Shown here: in pieces, positions 60,684 to 64,000 of the stretch
Position numbering within the stretch: the first letter of the stretch is position 1
Layout: each line of letters begins with the position of its first letter
Origin: a virus
Taxonomy: Duplodnaviria; Caudoviricetes
IMG/VR virus record: IMGVR_UViG_3300013121_000027
Location: 64,001-128,000 of that record
Length of the DNA: 64,000 nt
Strand: one strand, 5' to 3'
The notes under the pieces: generated by a model
Told to the model about the DNA's origin: nothing
Databases searched by the model: none
What the model saw: the letters and a program-made list of their open reading frames with translations, nothing else
Translations under genes and position numbers: made by a program

Positions 60684-61277
60684 TTACGCTACTGGAAACT
60701 TTTCCTCAACGTAATTTAATAGTCCTGTCCATCCATAGACGCGTGGGGCATCCGTTAAATGCCAGTTCCATGGTTGGTCGAATACTACCATATTATTCTC
60801 ACCGGACTTTTTATTCTTTTCGAATTGATATGGGGCATCATCAAAAAGTACATCGAACCCATACCCAAACTTATCATCACTCAATATCAAATCATTGTAC
60901 GGAAGACCAGCGACATTATTTACCCAATAATAAGTAGCTTCGTAAGCCAGCTTAGGTTGGGCTGGTGTAAATCGCGAAGTGATAAGAACTATGTGATCTT
61001 GTCGTATATGATACAAGTAATCTACGGCTTCTTTACAGCCATCATACATCTGACCTCGCCAAAACAGGTCACTATCTTTTACACCTGCTGCTACAATTTG
61101 TTTATACTCGGCAAGGGAATATCCCCAATCCTCATAAAATTCCCAACGAGTTGCTGGAGGCATCTCGTCAAGGGCGCGTCCTGTAGATTCATAAATATAG
61201 AATCTTAGGGCGTCTACAAACTTGTAACAAACGCCGTCCAAGTCCAAGCCCACGCGCGCCATTATGCTACCCCCCAT
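60684..61277 (-). CDS. 5'(3')-deoxyribonucleotidase (HAD, NT5C-like)
   Basis: GLDLDGV, ITSR, DK, LFDD, FDQPWN. Confidence 0.88.
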   Translation of the reverse strand: MGGSIMARVGLDLDGVCYKFVDALRFYIYESTGRALDEMPPATRWEFYEDWGYSLAEYKQIVAAGVKDSDLFWRGQMYDGCKEAVDYLYHIRQDHIVLITSRFTPAQPKLAYEATYYWVNNVAGLPYNDLILSDDKFGYGFDVLFDDAPYQFEKNKKSGENNMVVFDQPWNWHLTDAPRVYGWTGLLNYVEEKFPVA

Positions 61278-61732
61278 CTATTTTTCATAGCTGTTTTTGC
61301 AGCTGTGCTTCTACAGGTAGAGCAGAAGAGTCTATTCCCACGACCATGCTTAAGTGGATGTCCATATATGCATTGTGGATTTTTAAGAAATTCTAAATAC
61401 TGTTTAAGCATTAATATAAAACTTTCTTTTTTAGGTTCACTTAAAAACTCCCAAAACGCAGCGCAGATAAACTGTACGTTTTGAAAACTTTCAACTTTAT
61501 AGGTAAAATACGGACTGCTATTGGCTGTTTTAGGCTTATATGGTCCACCGATACTGCCCACATTAAAAACGGATTGGAATTTGTCTAATGGTTCTCTTCT
61601 GACTTGGGCTATTTGTAAAATTAATCTTGGACTTCTTCTTTTATTTTTATTTGAATAATATATATTACCTTCGCCATCAAAAAACCCAGCAGCCCAAGCT
61701 AATTCCTCCCTATCAAGTCCTATTTTAGCCAT
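61262..61732 (-). CDS. free-standing LAGLIDADG endonuclease
   Basis: LAWAAGFFDGEG. Confidence 0.85.
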   Translation of the reverse strand: MAKIGLDREELAWAAGFFDGEGNIYYSNKNKRRSPRLILQIAQVRREPLDKFQSVFNVGSIGGPYKPKTANSSPYFTYKVESFQNVQFICAAFWEFLSEPKKESFILMLKQYLEFLKNPQCIYGHPLKHGRGNRLFCSTCRSTAAKTAMKNRWGVA

Positions 61733-61942
61733 TAGACATTCTCTCCAAGTTTCTTTCTTATATCCACTGCAAGCTGCGGATATTTATCTTCAATGATATT
61801 AGCATAATAAAGCATCGCCAACCAAGCATATGGATCATTGACCCAATCCATGACATAGTATCGAGCATTTTCTTTGTCCCTACCGGGAGTGTCTCTTCCG
61901 TCTACTCTGGAAACTAAATATTTCTCATAGACTGGACCATCT

Positions 61943-62548
61943 TTAGCCATAATTTTTAACCTTTCTTGAACTTTCAAGATCTTTAGTATATAGGCAGACC
62001 TTAATTCCTTTTAGTCTTGGAGAAAGAGGATCTCTTAACATTGGCTTAATTAATTTCCAGGTTGTTAAATGATGAATAATTGCATTTGGGGAATCCCAAG
62101 TTGGAACGAACACTAAAGCCAATAGGTCATTGTCGTAATCATTTGACGATAGGAGTTTGTCTGTTCCGAAAAATCCATTTCCATTCCCCATTTGAAAAGT
62201 CCAAGATTCTGTCTTTGCATAATCTAAGGTCTTTTGACTACAGGTTTTAACATGTACATCGGGAAAGTCTAAACCCAATGTTTTATACGGGAGGTCCGCA
62301 TCCCAATTCTTTTTCTTGCTTGAGTAAATTTGAACATCAGGAGCAACTTCTTTTCCAAAAGTTTCTTTAATATACTTGGCAACAATAAACTCACCCTTCT
62401 TGCCAGTCATACTATCGTCTTTTGGCTTTGAGGCATTTCGCTGTTTCGCCCAAAACTTATGGCTTGCTTCCATGCCATCTCCATAAGTCTCAATAATGTC
62501 ATTCATCTTCTTATTTTCTTTGGGTGTTAATTTAACTTCTACGAGCAA
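61943..62548 (-). CDS. hypothetical protein (possible PD-(D/E)XK nuclease)
   Basis: GKKGE..V, DADL, VHVKT. Confidence 0.45.
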   Translation of the reverse strand: MLVEVKLTPKENKKMNDIIETYGDGMEASHKFWAKQRNASKPKDDSMTGKKGEFIVAKYIKETFGKEVAPDVQIYSSKKKNWDADLPYKTLGLDFPDVHVKTCSQKTLDYAKTESWTFQMGNGNGFFGTDKLLSSNDYDNDLLALVFVPTWDSPNAIIHHLTTWKLIKPMLRDPLSPRLKGIKVCLYTKDLESSRKVKNYG

Positions 62549-62560
62549 AATATGCCCCTT

Positions 62561-63394
62561 TCATTGTTTTGGCGAAATGAATAATTCGCTCTTAGCTCTG
62601 GCTGTTGTTATAGTGTAGTTCACGGGCACTTCTTCTATATTAGCCCAATCATACATCTCTTTAATCTCTGAACAACTATCATACGACAAAAGCCAATGAG
62701 AATCAACCTTTTTTAAAGAATTTGCTAATCTAGCATGATCATCTTTTGAGAATGAAAATTGATATAAATCAGAACCCTTATCGAAGTAAGGTGGATCTAC
62801 ATAGATAAAAGTATTTTGTGTAGCGTTTGTATCAATTACTTTTTCAAAATCAGTAGCAAATAAATAAGTATTGTATGGCGCAAGTAACGCATGATCTTTG
62901 TATATTTTTTTCGCCATGGAGTCTGGAGACCATCTACAACCTATATCGTATTTCGAATTCTGTTTGGCACCACCAATTGGTCCACCAGCTTTAACTCCCA
63001 ATCCGGAATATGACATCTGGTGCAAGGCAATCTTTTTAAAAGCTATAGAATCAAACGATTCATTTGTATAACTACAACTTTCAAGTTCTTTCTTAAACGT
63101 GTAGAAAGCTTCAGTGGATGGAACAAAATCTTTTATTCTATCGACAAGTAGTTTAGGTTCATGGTAAACAGTTCTCCAAATGCAATGAATTGCAAAGTCG
63201 GTATCATTTGCTACAACAGTTTGAAGATCTGGAAAAACATTCTCTTTAAGCGCAGCAAAACAAATACTTCCACCGCCAAAGAATGGTTCCATATATCTAT
63301 GAATTAATTTATCTTTTGTGATTTCTTTAATTTTTTGGATGATGGGCTTGCTAAGTTTAGCCTTACCGCCTGGATATCTAAAGAACGACATCAA
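62561..63394 (-). CDS. dam: D12-class DNA adenine methyltransferase
   Basis: FRYPGGK, EPFFGGG, YVDPPY, WLLSYD. Confidence 0.88.
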   Translation of the reverse strand: MMSFFRYPGGKAKLSKPIIQKIKEITKDKLIHRYMEPFFGGGSICFAALKENVFPDLQTVVANDTDFAIHCIWRTVYHEPKLLVDRIKDFVPSTEAFYTFKKELESCSYTNESFDSIAFKKIALHQMSYSGLGVKAGGPIGGAKQNSKYDIGCRWSPDSMAKKIYKDHALLAPYNTYLFATDFEKVIDTNATQNTFIYVDPPYFDKGSDLYQFSFSKDDHARLANSLKKVDSHWLLSYDSCSEIKEMYDWANIEEVPVNYTITTARAKSELFISPKQ

Positions 63395-64000
63395 TTACAC
63401 TCGTGAGGAATTCCCAACGCTTCGCACGTTTGGATATACATTTGTCTACTTGTTTGAAATAAATTTTGTAACTTTTCATTGTGAGATCCTGTTGACGCAT
63501 TCCACGTATGTCCAGCCGTATCAACCGTTCCATCGTACCATACTTCGTACCCTAAATGTTGTACTAATTGAGAATAAAAAGTCTCTTCAAAATACATTGG
63601 AGTAGGGAGCCATGCACCTCTCAAGTTTGGATACAGCGTCTTAAATGGCTCATATTCGGCTACCTCATCCCAAACATTTCTACGCATATAATATATAGAA
63701 CCAGAGACAGTCCAACAGGGTACTCTATCCTTGTAAGATGCATCAAATGGATCCTTCATCGACCAACCCCTATGGATTGGATTCTTAACTCCATCCCAAA
63801 AGATTCCGCCATGTCGAATTAATTTATTTTCATCCATCTGCTTAACACCAATAACCGCAGCGTTGGGTGTCTTATGAAAGGACTCTATTACTTGTTTTAC
63901 ATGGCTTGTTGTAAACCATGTATCAGCATTGACAGCACAGAGGAATTCGCTATTGGATCCAGCTTTAGATAAGGCTACCAAATTATTGATAGCGGCTGAA
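63391..64000 (-). CDS. glycosyltransferase family 2 (5' truncated by window)
   Basis: SAAIN, VNAD, VSGS, YFEET. Confidence 0.75.
   Translation of the reverse strand, partial: SAAINNLVALSKAGSNSEFLCAVNADTWFTTSHVKQVIESFHKTPNAAVIGVKQMDENKLIRHGGIFWDGVKNPIHRGWSMKDPFDASYKDRVPCWTVSGSIYYMRRNVWDEVAEYEPFKTLYPNLRGAWLPTPMYFEETFYSQLVQHLGYEVWYDGTVDTAGHTWNASTGSHNEKLQNLFQTSRQMYIQTCEALGIPHECN

Noticed and set aside
1-64000. Genome-wide amber (TAG) recoding
   Set aside because: Long conserved genes are intact in code 11 and several end cleanly at TAG; only the Pth2-like gene shows an internal TAG.

Overview
AT-rich segment of a large tailed-phage genome, probably infecting an actinobacterium (inferred from the amidase/M15 lysins, DUF5925-type AAA ATPase and leaderless genes). 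The left arm (+ strand, 1-35 kb) carries a complete prokaryotic ubiquitin-like module (JAB, ThiF/E1, Ubl, AAA+, and an E2/pseudo-E2 pair), SSB, a UDG-like protein, many small ORFs and about a dozen tRNAs. It also carries a translation/RNA-rescue locus (vWA, Pth2-like gene, amber suppressor tRNA, Ro60/TROVE, phosphoesterase). The right arm (mostly - strand) has lysis genes, a sigma factor, DnaE, an AEP primase, a DnaB-like helicase, nucleases, a glycosylation cluster and a Dam-type methylase. The most striking element is a tandem array of seven Y-RNA-like genes directly upstream of Ro60 (18379-19195). Each has the Ro-binding bulged stem and a UUAUC-type motif but a different cargo domain, one being a circularly permuted tRNA-Glu. 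Other highlights are a probable -1 frameshift extending the JAB protease, an in-frame amber codon in the Pth2-like gene near the amber suppressor tRNA, HNH elements carrying replacement tRNAs, ATG codons placed exactly at tRNA position 76, and several unexplained structured RNAs. All calls are by eye; no database searches were run.
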